A DNA stretch of 64,000 nt from a virus (IMGVR_UViG_3300033388_005412:139295-203294), one strand, 5' to 3'. Positions 8,047 through 17,830 are shown, counted from the first letter of the stretch. Notes: a model not told the origin generated them from the letters alone. Numbers and translations are program-made.

Positions 8047-10022
8047 AAATGAATGTCATTAGTGACCTGATTGTCGCTGAGTTCCTTTATAAAGGAATTG
8101 GCGAAAAGTTAAGGGAAACGGCGAAATTGAAAGGTGCTGAGAGAAAACATGTAATGGGTAGGAGCCATCACATAAGTTTTCTAAGAAACAGGCCGAATTT
8201 AAGAAGGATATTCGAAAATACCTTTACAATTATGAAGGACAACGGTAGTTATACCGATGATGAATATCTTGATGTTTGTAAGAGGGCCAGGGAATCCGGT
8301 TATGTGCCGCAATGGAATGTTAAACGTGCTCATGGAGGAGGCCAGGGCGCTCATGCATGCGGTAAAATAGAATTCGGTAAATCTCAGATCATAGAAGATA
8401 TCCTTAAAGAGGATAATATGCTGGAAGAATTTAGAAATCTTCCTATTGAGAAGAGATTAAATAGAATTCAGAAGCTTATAGGTGAGATGACAAGGTTTAA
8501 AACAGAACCTAAAGTTAAGATTGGGTTTGCCGCCAAAACATACAATGGTATTGTATGGGCAAAACCGAGCTGGATGAGGCTTAATGGTATCTCAATGGGC
8601 GCGAAGACCACAAATGTGTTAAAGTCTCTAATTATGCCTCTGGAGGCCTTGGAAGTGACTGATTATGACATGCTTGTGAGTCCGGAGGAAAATAAATTTA
8701 ACTTAAGTGAGGAAAAGCTTGGTTGTTTAATCAGGTGGGTTCCAAGATTATCACCTAAATCTTTGTTCAGCAGGAACTTAAGAAGGAAGTTTTCAGATAA
8801 GCTTGGAAGAAATCCCCAGATGAAATGGGATTTATTAAGCTTGGTTAATCATATTCCGGATGTTGACTTGTCACATGAGAGGGATATGTACGAGAAGGGG
8901 CTTATCACAGAAGAAGATGTAAAGGCTTTATTCGGTTATGAAAAGAATGGAGAAACAGTGATTCGCCCGGTAGGTAAGCGTATCCTGGCCGGGGAGTCTA
9001 TATTTCATCCGGATATATGGGTAGAGCTTGAAAAACCTTTTAAGAAAATGGTTTTGAATAAGCTGCAGCCGAGAATCAAGGGTATTTATGGAGTGGCTAT
9101 GCCGAAATCCATGTTAAAAATGATACCGAATGAGGCGATTTACTATAAAGCATGGGTTACGAGGTATCCCTGGGTTCTTCCTATTCTTACAAAGATAGGT
9201 GTATGGGAAGGTATGATATTTGTTGATGAAGAGTTATGGGAGATGTTTGGTGGTGATTTTGATGGTGATCAGGCAGCTGCATTTGATTGGGATTCTTTGA
9301 CAACTGATCTCTATCTGGATAGGGATAAAGAGTGGCTGAAGAAGGCCATGAAGATGCCTGTTAAAGAGCCGGCTAACTTTGAAGGCAGAACAGAAGAAGA
9401 AGTTATAGCTAAGCAGCTTAGTCAGTATTCAGGCTGTGGAACTGTGTATAATAATGCTATGACTATAGTGGATGCTGCCAGGGCCGCGGAGTGGAAGTTT
9501 AATGATCTTGTAAAGCTGCAGGCTTATTTGTATGCTAACATAGTTCAGCCTTTTATAGATGGGTTCAAATATAAAGGCGCCAACCATGTACCAAGTCTGT
9601 ATGACATGGTTACAAGAGTTGATGATAAGTTTGATTATCTTTCTATGAAGGAAACAATGAGACTTCGTGATTTTTATAGAGCAATAAGAAGCCGCGGTAG
9701 TTTTATGGATTTAACTGATGTGGCTAAACTCGCCAACGCTGATTCTAAAAGCTTTTATGAAAGAGTTGTCTCTATCTTCAAGGGGTGGAAAAGAGGTGAT
9801 TATATCCCGGTTCCCGCGCTTGATGAGACCATCGCGAAAACAGTGAAAACCAGTTTTGTGAAGTATGGCCGTAATGTTGAGGCGAGATATGATAGCTTTA
9901 ACTATTTGATAACAAGTACTGAAGTACTGAAGGAGGTAATAAGAAATTGTTATGAGAGAAAGGATTACAGTTTGGCTGAGTATTTAGTTGTGAAATTGAA
10001 TGTTGTTGCAGAGGAGGTGTAA
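8037..10022 (+). CDS. putative single-subunit two-barrel RNA polymerase (paralog 1)
   Basis: GAKTTNVLKSLIMP...DMLVSP (beta GDK...KG...DIVLNP-like), QPRIKGIYGV, VTRYP, IFVDEELWEMFGGDFDGDQAAAF (beta' NADFDGD-like), IDGFKYKG. Confidence 0.8.
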   Translation: MEMKMNVISDLIVAEFLYKGIGEKLRETAKLKGAERKHVMGRSHHISFLRNRPNLRRIFENTFTIMKDNGSYTDDEYLDVCKRARESGYVPQWNVKRAHGGGQGAHACGKIEFGKSQIIEDILKEDNMLEEFRNLPIEKRLNRIQKLIGEMTRFKTEPKVKIGFAAKTYNGIVWAKPSWMRLNGISMGAKTTNVLKSLIMPLEALEVTDYDMLVSPEENKFNLSEEKLGCLIRWVPRLSPKSLFSRNLRRKFSDKLGRNPQMKWDLLSLVNHIPDVDLSHERDMYEKGLITEEDVKALFGYEKNGETVIRPVGKRILAGESIFHPDIWVELEKPFKKMVLNKLQPRIKGIYGVAMPKSMLKMIPNEAIYYKAWVTRYPWVLPILTKIGVWEGMIFVDEELWEMFGGDFDGDQAAAFDWDSLTTDLYLDRDKEWLKKAMKMPVKEPANFEGRTEEEVIAKQLSQYSGCGTVYNNAMTIVDAARAAEWKFNDLVKLQAYLYANIVQPFIDGFKYKGANHVPSLYDMVTRVDDKFDYLSMKETMRLRDFYRAIRSRGSFMDLTDVAKLANADSKSFYERVVSIFKGWKRGDYIPVPALDETIAKTVKTSFVKYGRNVEARYDSFNYLITSTEVLKEVIRNCYERKDYSLAEYLVVKLNVVAEEV

Positions 10023-10023
10023 C

Positions 10024-10560
10024 ATGGATAAAAGACTTTTGATTGGATTAGGTATTATAGGCGGCGCGCTTGGTGTCGTTGCCTATAAAAAGAGAGAAGA
10101 GCTTGCTGTGTTTGGGAAGAAAATGCTGAAAGCGTATATGATAGGCGCCAGACAGCATGAGGAATATATGTATGGTGATCCAGATGCGGCAGTTGGTGAT
10201 ATGCTTGATGGCGTTGGTGAACTTGCCAGGGCTGATGATAAGTATATCTCACATTTCTTTTCGTTTCATGCGACAGGTGTGACGTTTAAAGATAGACAGG
10301 ATCTTATAAGATATACGAATAAGGACACTGGCTTGCATTTTAAGAAGAATCCTGTTGAAGAAGACAAGAATGCTGTGGCGATTGTGGATGATCATAGTAG
10401 AATTCTTGGTTGGGTTCCTAGAACCATAGCTCCGCATATAGGTGGTAAGATGGACAAGGAGTTGATTAACATAGTGTCATGGAGAAAAGTAGGTGGGGAG
10501 AATGATTATAAGTATGGTCTTGTTATAACTGTTGATGATAAAACAATTGAATATGCTTAG
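10024..10560 (+). CDS. HIRAN-domain protein with N-terminal transmembrane helix
   Basis: FHATGVTF..RQ, LHFKKNP..DKNAVAI, ILGWVPR..APHI pattern of HIRAN; start at 10024 after GAGGAGG. Confidence 0.75.
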   Translation: MDKRLLIGLGIIGGALGVVAYKKREELAVFGKKMLKAYMIGARQHEEYMYGDPDAAVGDMLDGVGELARADDKYISHFFSFHATGVTFKDRQDLIRYTNKDTGLHFKKNPVEEDKNAVAIVDDHSRILGWVPRTIAPHIGGKMDKELINIVSWRKVGGENDYKYGLVITVDDKTIEYA

Positions 10561-10772
10561 GTGTAGAGAGTTTATTCAAAACCCGGAGGATTCCCATTCT
10601 GAATACCTCGCCCGGCAGAAGGCCGGGAATATGAAAGAGAAGAATCAGAAACGGACTCTTGTGAAGGGATTACACGTTTTTCCCATGAAAAATTGGCAGA
10701 ATTACACGTTTTTGACAGGAAGAATACAATTTGTTGAAGTAAAGAATGCCCATATAGGGTGAAGGAGATAAG

Positions 10773-11268
10773 ATGAAAACAAGAGAAGTTGAGCTGTTCA
10801 TTGATGATGAACTGATTAATCTGGTGGTTGATGAGCATGATCAAATCATAGCGCCGGAAGAGTACAAAGAAGATTCATTGATTGATCTGATACAGTATGA
10901 ACATGATTATGCGATTGAAATTGGTAGTGTTGAGTGGCTGGAGGGGATACGCAAAGCCAGGAAATTAAAGGCCGCGGCCCAGACTGCGGCATGGAACGAT
11001 TTGGTCCCGGAGAACGGCCATCTGAAGAAGGACGGATACATAGGAGGAGCAGATGAAAGAAATTAAAGCATGGGAGACCAGTGATGATATGATTTTCGAT
11101 TCAAAGAAAGATGCGAGAATTCATCAGCGGTTTATTGATTTCAAGCGTAGTGCCGAAAACTTTGTTGAGAAACATATGTGTCATGAGAATGATAAAGACG
11201 ACGTCCTGAGAATGCTGCTTGAGCATAGACGTGAATTGTATGATATGCTCAAAAAGGCCGAAGATTAA
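10773..11268 (+). other. two small hypothetical genes (10773-11066, 11053-11268)
   Basis: GAAGGAG and AGGAGG SDs; overlapping. Confidence 0.6.
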
Positions 11269-11274
11269 TGCAAG

Positions 11275-11333
11275 GACTGAAGCATAGAACGAAGCATGGA
11301 ACGTCATTCCATGCGATCTTCTATGCTGCAGTC
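11275..11333. other. long imperfect hairpin
   Basis: GACTG-A-AGCATAGAA-CGAA-GCATGGAA / TTCCATGC-GATC-TTCTATGCT-G-CAGTC with loop CGTCA. Confidence 0.75.
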
Positions 11334-11379
11334 GTGCAGTTATGTGATTTTTGGCACATAAATCATGAAAAAGGGTTGA

Positions 11380-11745
11380 TTTACTACTATATATATACTT
11401 AACTTATAATATATACTAGTAATTTATTATAATATGTTATTATAATAAAGAAACCTAACTAGAATATACATAACAATTATAATAAATCTTATTATAATAA
11501 AAAAGCTTATTAAAAATAGACACTATTATTATAATAAAATATCATAAGTCTATTAATGATATACTAGTATAATACAGTCTATTTAGGACTCATTTGACGA
11601 ATCTATCATCAGAGTCCAGTAGGGGCTACACTTGGACTCATATGATAGCCGCGAGGATACGTTACAGCTAAGAATATAACTGTGCAAATACTATTTAATA
11701 GTACTTTATAGTACTTAATAGTACTTAATAGTATTTGATTCAAAT
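11380..11745. other. very AT-rich non-coding tract with 10-bp tandem repeats (origin-like)
   Basis: ORF-free, nearly all A/T over 11380-11580; ATAGTACTT(T/A) repeated about 4 times at 11699-11738. Confidence 0.5.
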
Positions 11746-11885
11746 GAAGTTGGCGGAAAAGGGTCTCGCCTACTGCTATATATTGATTTTAAGATGGTAC
11801 GATATGGTTCGTTTTCAGCATAAAAGGGGTCTTAGGCCTCATTGTGTGATGGAGACAGGAATAGGGGTGTTAAAAGGAGGTTGTT

Positions 11886-12523
11886 ATGAGTGATACACAT
11901 GATGATAATGACAAAACAGCTGGTATTATAAAGAAGCTGAAAGATATTGTCAAAGATAAGGATGAAGAGATAACGCGTAAGAATCATCGTATTGATAGTT
12001 ATGAGATGAAGATCCGCGAACTTGAGAATGAGCTGTACGGGAGGATTGATGAGTAATTTGGAAAAATTCAATATAAATGAGCAATTATACTATCACGGAA
12101 ACTTTCTTGAGCTTGATGAATCAATTGCGGAAAAGGTTGATGAGGTAGTTAATCAGGAAATCAATGAAATGTTTGGTGATATTGTGAAGAAAGTGAATAA
12201 AATAATAGAAGATAGGACTCTTAAAATCAAAGTGGTATGGAAAGATTCGAAATGGGATATTTCAGAAAGGAAAGTCGGCAATCCGGACTGAAAATCGCCG
12301 AGGGAGGTAAAAAGTGCAGATAGAGATTAAAAAAGAACTAGTTAAGAAATTTGAAGACCTGAAAGTGGAAAGAGGGGATGGGTCCCCGGTAGACCTGGGT
12401 GATTATGTAAATGGAGTCTTATTTAATGATTTAGCAATGGTAAAAGAAATTCTCGATAACAATCCCGGCCGTAAAGATAAATCTCCCGGTAAAGCTGGCG
12501 GCCTTGATGATCTTCCTTATTAG
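11886..12523 (+). other. three small hypothetical genes (11886-12056, 12049-12291, 12314-12523)
   Basis: AGGAGG/GGGAGG SDs; coiled-coil-like first ORF not in the supplied track. Confidence 0.55.
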
Positions 12524-12655
12524 TCCATTAGTTTGTTGGTTTATTAGCCCATTAGTATTACACTTTAATGTACAGAAGAATGTAAAAGTCTTTGCACTTT
12601 GATGTACAGAGAAATGTAAAAAATGGTTTACATTTTAATGTACAGAAGAATGTAA
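12517..12655. repeat. two 16-bp and three 25-bp direct repeats upstream of a promoter
   Basis: TTATTAG(T/C)CCATTAGT at 12517 and 12541; CA(C/T)TTT(A/G)ATGTACAGA..AATGTAA at 12561, 12595 and 12631. Confidence 0.8.
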
Positions 12656-12697
12656 TTTCTCGACGGTAAAAATAGTAAATATGTTTGTTCCGGTGTG

Positions 12698-12806
12698 TAT
12701 AATGAAACCAGAGAACAATACAACAATTATCAATATTAATGTTAAATATCAGCGGTAATGATAATCATTAACAATGACATCGATATTGATATTGTTGTAA
12801 AGGAGG
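12698..12806 (+). promoter_or_regulatory. -10 box plus long leader hairpin abutting the SD
   Basis: TATAAT at 12698; TACAACAAT-T-ATCAATAT pairs with ATATTGAT-ATTGTTGTA (12719-12799); AAGGAGG follows. Confidence 0.55.
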
Positions 12807-12823
12807 AAAAATGGGAGGAATAA

Positions 12824-13027
12824 ATGACACTTAAAAGATGTATTGAGATTGGAAAGGCTTGTGGATTAACAACATTAGGAGAAGCATATGATAATATTGA
12901 CATACATGCCATTAGTTTATTTGGTTATTATGATATCAAAAAGGAACTTACTAAATTAAGAAGTGAAATTCTGAAAAAATATAATCAGACTTCAATCGAT
13001 AAATGGATTGATGATATAAAGATATGA
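12824..13027 (+). CDS. hypothetical protein
   Basis: GGGAGG SD; first gene of the long operon. Confidence 0.6.
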   Translation: MTLKRCIEIGKACGLTTLGEAYDNIDIHAISLFGYYDIKKELTKLRSEILKKYNQTSIDKWIDDIKI

Positions 13028-13512
13028 TTTATGTTTTAAACTTCAGGGATATTGTGCCGGCAGGTGTAACGACTGTTAATATTACGAGTCGTTCTACTGG
13101 ATGGTCAAGAAAGTTAAGTCCTTTCTTTCTTGGACCTGTTATGATAAATGATAGAAAGTGTATGAATGTTGAAAATGCCTGGCAGTTCTCAAAGGTTTAT
13201 CCTGATCATATTGATAGTAATGGTGATCCTACTGAAGAATACTTTATATGAAGAAATAAAGGATATTCTGATACTTGGGTTCACCGCCGGCCGAAAGGCA
13301 GAATGAAACCTGAGTATGCATGGCTGAATGGAAAAAAGCTGGGATATATTGAGTCAAGAAAACAAATATATATCCCTTTGTATTCTGAAGCTGTTCAGAA
13401 TGCTTTGAAAATGTCATGGACTGATGTTGTGAATGATTCATCCAGAATAATGGGACATGGATTTGTTCTGAGTCAAATACTTAGAGAAAAAAGTGGTATT
13501 CTATGTATATAG
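13024..13512 (+). pseudogene. DUF6939-like gene interrupted by an in-frame TGA at 13249-13251
   Basis: TSRS..LSPFFLGP, NVENAWQFSKVY; the frame continues EYFI*RNKGY...LGYIESRKQIYIPLY...MGHGFVL; family name from memory of the motif. Confidence 0.6.
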
Positions 13513-13664
13513 ATTTAGGATATCCCTTGAAGGAGAGTTATTAAAATGGAATTTGTAATCGCTCTTATATGGATTTTATTGATTTTTATTCATTTGAAGC
13601 TTTATGATGTAGACTTGAATGTGAAACGCATATTAAGAGAATTAGAAAGAAATAAGGAGGATGA

Positions 13665-14787
13665 ATGAGTTTCAAAGATGATGTAATGTTAGGATTAGAA
13701 AATGGTCATATCAAAGAAAAAGTTAAATTTTTGCCGGAATGTCAGGGTGACTTACAAGGTGAAAAGTCTAAAACTTATTTTGTATTACCAGACATGGGGA
13801 ATCCATTACAGGACCGAGTATATATTACTCCGGTAAATCGAAAAGAAGGAGAAGAGACTTTTAGATACTCATATTCAAAGAGTTTAAGTTATTCGCCTGT
13901 TACAAAAAAGGATATTAATTCATATAGACAAATGCATTATCCTTTAAGGAGAAATAAATGAGTGTTATTAATTATAAGGATTTAAAAGAACATCTTGGTC
14001 ATCGAATAGTTTGTGTTAGTTATGAAAGTCCCGGAGAAAATAAAGAGAACATTGCACTGGAATGTGAGGATTGTAATGAAGTTCTTTTGGATTTTGATAA
14101 AGAGGAAGTTGCCGATTCTAAGGAGCAGACTGCCGATTTCAAGACGGAATGGTCAATAAAGATAAAAGAAATTACATTAAAAATACGGGGTTGGTTATTT
14201 GATGGTGTTGATGTTCGTGCTATTCTGAATGAAAATGAAAATGATGTTTATTGGCAAATGCACGATTAAGGAGTGAAAAATGACTAAAATATTAATAAAT
14301 CCGCCACCGAAAGATGGCCGTTGTAATTGCTGTGGTAAAAAAGCTAAATTAATTAAAACATTTAGGGCTATGGCCCCGAAAGATGATATCAGAGAAACTC
14401 TTATTAATGAAGTTGATGACTGGAATAAATTATTTATGCATAATAAAAGATTAGCAGCAGACTTGTCTTTTTATGATCAATTAGTAAATACAGTTGAAGC
14501 AAGCTGGGAATGTAATGATTGTATATCACTAGAAGGTGAAGAGTTTTATAATAAACAAGAAAGTAGAAATGAATAAACCTGAAAAGAAAATTTGCAGTAT
14601 GTCATATACCGCATCAAAAGAAGAGAGTTATAAAAACATAGGATATAATCAAGCTATTGATGATTATGAAAAGTTTCTGCCGACTGAAGATGATTTACGA
14701 CTTATAATCTCTGAATTTACAGGATTTGATAGTGTAAAAGATAAGCTATCTAACATTCTTTCAAAAAGAATAAGAGGTGAAAAATGA
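13665..14787 (+). other. four hypothetical genes (13665-13961, 13958-14269, 14280-14576, 14569-14787)
   Basis: SDs and ATGA overlaps; CxxC pairs in 13958 and 14280. Confidence 0.6.
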
Positions 14788-15101
14788 GTGATAGAATAAC
14801 TGTGGCTAACGGAAAATATACTGTTATTATGTATGATGACGGTAGAATGGAAGCGCTTAGACATGGCGAAAAATGGCAGGAATCTTTAAGCAGTAATTTG
14901 ATAGGAACATTAGCTAATGATTTATTAGAGGCTCGCGCAGAGTCAACGAGATTGACGAAGGCATTAGAAAAGATAAACAAACTATCCGCAAATCCATTAA
15001 CAAAAACAATGGGTAAAGAAAGGATAGATTTATTAAGAGGTATTGCAAAGATATTTGACATTACATTTAAAGAACTTGCCGAATATAAGGAGGATAAATG
15101 A
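14784..15101 (+). CDS. hypothetical protein sharing a coiled-coil module with 15098
   Basis: LANDLLEARAESTRLTKAL vs LASDLLDALTESAKLAKAL; ends LAEYKEDK. Confidence 0.7.
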   Translation: MSDRITVANGKYTVIMYDDGRMEALRHGEKWQESLSSNLIGTLANDLLEARAESTRLTKALEKINKLSANPLTKTMGKERIDLLRGIAKIFDITFKELAEYKEDK

Positions 15102-15628
15102 AAAACAAACAAAATATGTTGTTTAATGGTATAAAATTTTTAATTGCTGATGAGATTAAAAATGATAAATGTGGGGTGCATTTTATAAAAATGTCTAAGT
15201 TTTTTAATCGTATTAAAATAAAGATATGGCTTGAACGTCCTGGTTTGTTTATCGGGTATCATGGTCGAAAGATAGATGATATTCAGGCAAAAATTGAAGA
15301 TAATTTTAAATTAAAAGTAAAATTTGTATTAAAAGATTATGAACCTCTGCCAATAGATTTGAACAGTAATTTGATAATACCATTAGCTAGTGATTTATTA
15401 GATGCGCTTACAGAATCAGCGAAATTGGCGAAGGCATTAAAAAAGTATGGACAACACGATGAGAGTTGTATTGCTTGTCAGTGGCGAGAAGGACGACCGA
15501 CTGCCGATGGAGGATATGAAAGTCTGTTCGGTTATGGAAAAAATGCCAAATGGTATAAGCGTAACGAATATCCAGAATGCACTTGTGGATTTGCCAAAGC
15601 ACTCGCAGAATATAAGGAGGATAAATGA
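15098..15628 (+). CDS. protein with a ribosomal protein S3-like type II KH domain fused to phage modules
   Basis: IKIWLERPGLFIGYHGRKIDDIQAKIE resembles uS3 I.I.TARPG.VIG..G..I..L; C-terminal Cys-rich segment. Confidence 0.6.
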   Translation: MKNKQNMLFNGIKFLIADEIKNDKCGVHFIKMSKFFNRIKIKIWLERPGLFIGYHGRKIDDIQAKIEDNFKLKVKFVLKDYEPLPIDLNSNLIIPLASDLLDALTESAKLAKALKKYGQHDESCIACQWREGRPTADGGYESLFGYGKNAKWYKRNEYPECTCGFAKALAEYKEDK

Positions 15629-16905
15629 AAATGCCGGATGAATGCTCGAATTGTGATTATGTTAAAGCGTGTTATTGGGAAGAATCCTGGCCGTTATGTA
15701 TCCGTAATCCAAAATCTAACTTAAATTTAGTAGGACAGTTGGCGAAAAGATTGAAGGTTATTGATAAAAATATAACGATTATCTTCATGCCTAATCAGGA
15801 AGTTCAGATAAGTGAAGATGATAATATTCCGACGAATTATGATTTTAGCGATGCGTCTGATAAGGAGGAAAAATGATAAAATCAAAATTGTATAAAGTTG
15901 AAAATCCGGCTGTTGAAGACGGCATTGAAGTATGGTTGGTTGTGGCGAAAACAAGCGTGGAAGCAATGCAGATGGTAAGAAATACATTAAATGAAAAAGC
16001 ATTAAAATATATTGATGAGGCTGGAGGTTTTGATGTAAAAATAATCGAGCCGAAATATGGTATTACTGATTATATCAGCTGGTTTATCCCCGCTGGAGGA
16101 CCCGGAGTATAAGGAGGAAAAATGAAAATTGATAAATACATGATGGCGACAAAAGCGATGCATACACTGGGAGATATAAGCAGAGACGTTGAAGATATTT
16201 GTTGTATTCATGAGGAAAAAGATGATTGTTATATTGGAAGCTGGATCTCGGGTTATGGTTTCATAAATGTTGAATTTCCAAAAGAAACAACCCGCGAACT
16301 TACTTCTGATGAAGTTAAAAAATATAATGGACGTAATTATCAGATTTCTAATCAACCGCCTTTTAAATTGAATATTAAAAATAAGGAGGAAAAATGAGAT
16401 GGTGTGATATGTTCGGCGAATTGTTCTCCGAACCTGTGAAAATTATATGCGATCTTAAAGTTAATGGATCTGTTTACAGTGATAGACTATTCACATGGGA
16501 TATGACAAAACATAATGTCTTATGCGAAAAACATTTCGGCGATGCCGGACAAAAATGGGATGATCGTGATCCAGTTAAAATAGAATTGTTTCTCCAGGAT
16601 TATCTTGGGAAAAAATTAAAACTTGTTAAGATTATAAAATCAACAAATGCAAGTACCGGATTTCCGGTATATCAATTCGCATATCATATAGCTGAGGAGG
16701 ATAAATGAAGACTTATAATATTGTAGTTATCAATGGAAAAACAATTTTAGGTACCGTTAAAGGATTAACAAAAAAACAAGTTATGAGAATACTTAATATA
16801 ACTTCCATGGAATTTTACACTTATAAACAATATGGATGTTTTGGATTGATTAAGAAAAAATCCAATTTATTTTTTGGATACAAAATAAAGGAGAATAAAA
16901 AATGA
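15625..16905 (+). other. five small hypothetical genes (15625-15876, 15873-16112, 16122-16397, 16394-16708, 16705-16905)
   Basis: All joined by TAAGGAGGA(A/T)AAATGA-type junctions. Confidence 0.65.
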
Positions 16906-17327
16906 AATTTAGAGGAAAACGAAAAGATAATGGTGAGCGGGTTAAAGGTGATTTGTTGAGAAATAAAATATCCTTAACTGGAGAAGGTAAAATCAATGGA
17001 CAAATAACTATTGATAATAAAACAACATTCACTGCTATTGTTGATAGTGACGGAGTTTTATACGAAGTCTACCCCGAAAGCGTCGGAATGTCCATACTTC
17101 GAAAGGATAAACACGGAGTTGAGATATTCGGCTCAATTCCTATTAATGGCAAGATGAGCAGGGGTGGGGATATAATAAAGACGACGGGAAGTATTGACAA
17201 TATTGAAACGGCAAAAATAGAATTCAAAAGAGGATGTTTTAAAGATAATTATTATGGATTTTGTTTAAGTGACAACAAAGAATATCAAATAGAAATAATC
17301 GGCAAGCAGTATGAGGAGGATAAGTGA
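16902..17327 (+). CDS. yopX: YopX-family protein
   Basis: MKFRGKRKDNGE.V.G, VYPESVG..KDKHGVEIF..GDII, IEIIG. Confidence 0.7.
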   Translation: MKFRGKRKDNGERVKGDLLRNKISLTGEGKINGQITIDNKTTFTAIVDSDGVLYEVYPESVGMSILRKDKHGVEIFGSIPINGKMSRGGDIIKTTGSIDNIETAKIEFKRGCFKDNYYGFCLSDNKEYQIEIIGKQYEEDK

Positions 17328-17542
17328 ATATATGTATCATATGTAAGAAAGAATGTGGTAATGGTGGAACAGAATTGGATGGTGTACGATATCCCATACA
17401 TCTAGATTGTTATAAAAATTCTAATGAAGAAATTTTGAGGAAAACAATAGAAAAAAATAAAGAAGATAATTGAATTTTAAAGAATATTTTTTGTTGATTG
17501 CCCGACGGTCCAAAGACGTTCGGGTTGAAAAAGGAGGTAATC

Positions 17543-17830
17543 ATGAAGATTACAGTCGCTGGTATCAAACCGGCTAAGAAAGAGAAGAATGATGGTACGC
17601 CGAATCCTGTGAAGGCCTATGCTGGTCTGCACCTGGGAACCGAGGAAATGCCTAAGATGTGGGGCATTCACGGTATTAAGGTTGTCAAAGGTAAAAACGG
17701 ACTGTTCGTGGCTATGCCTGGTTACAAAAACGGGGATAAGTTTCAGGATCAGGCCCATCCCTTGACTAAAGAAGGAAGAGAAATCGTTACGAATTTGGTG
17801 CTTGATGCTTTTAAGAAGATAAAAGTGTAA
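17543..17830 (+). CDS. spoVG: SpoVG-family nucleic-acid-binding protein (copy 1)
   Basis: VKAYA..IHGIKVVKGKNGLFVAMP..FQDQAHPLTKEGR..VLDAF; start at 17543 after AAGGAGG. Confidence 0.88.
   Translation: MKITVAGIKPAKKEKNDGTPNPVKAYAGLHLGTEEMPKMWGIHGIKVVKGKNGLFVAMPGYKNGDKFQDQAHPLTKEGREIVTNLVLDAFKKIKV

Noticed and set aside
8037-10022. Eukaryotic RdRP contamination
   Set aside because: Bacterial SD sequences, operon-style overlaps and a second paralog embed both genes in the phage context
12561-12655. CRISPR mini-array
   Set aside because: The 25-bp repeats are separated by only 9-11 nt, far too short for spacers, and there are no cas genes in the window
13249-13251. Genome-wide TGA reassignment
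   Set aside because: Many genes end in TGA with ATGA overlaps, and long genes contain no internal TGA; this is an isolated case
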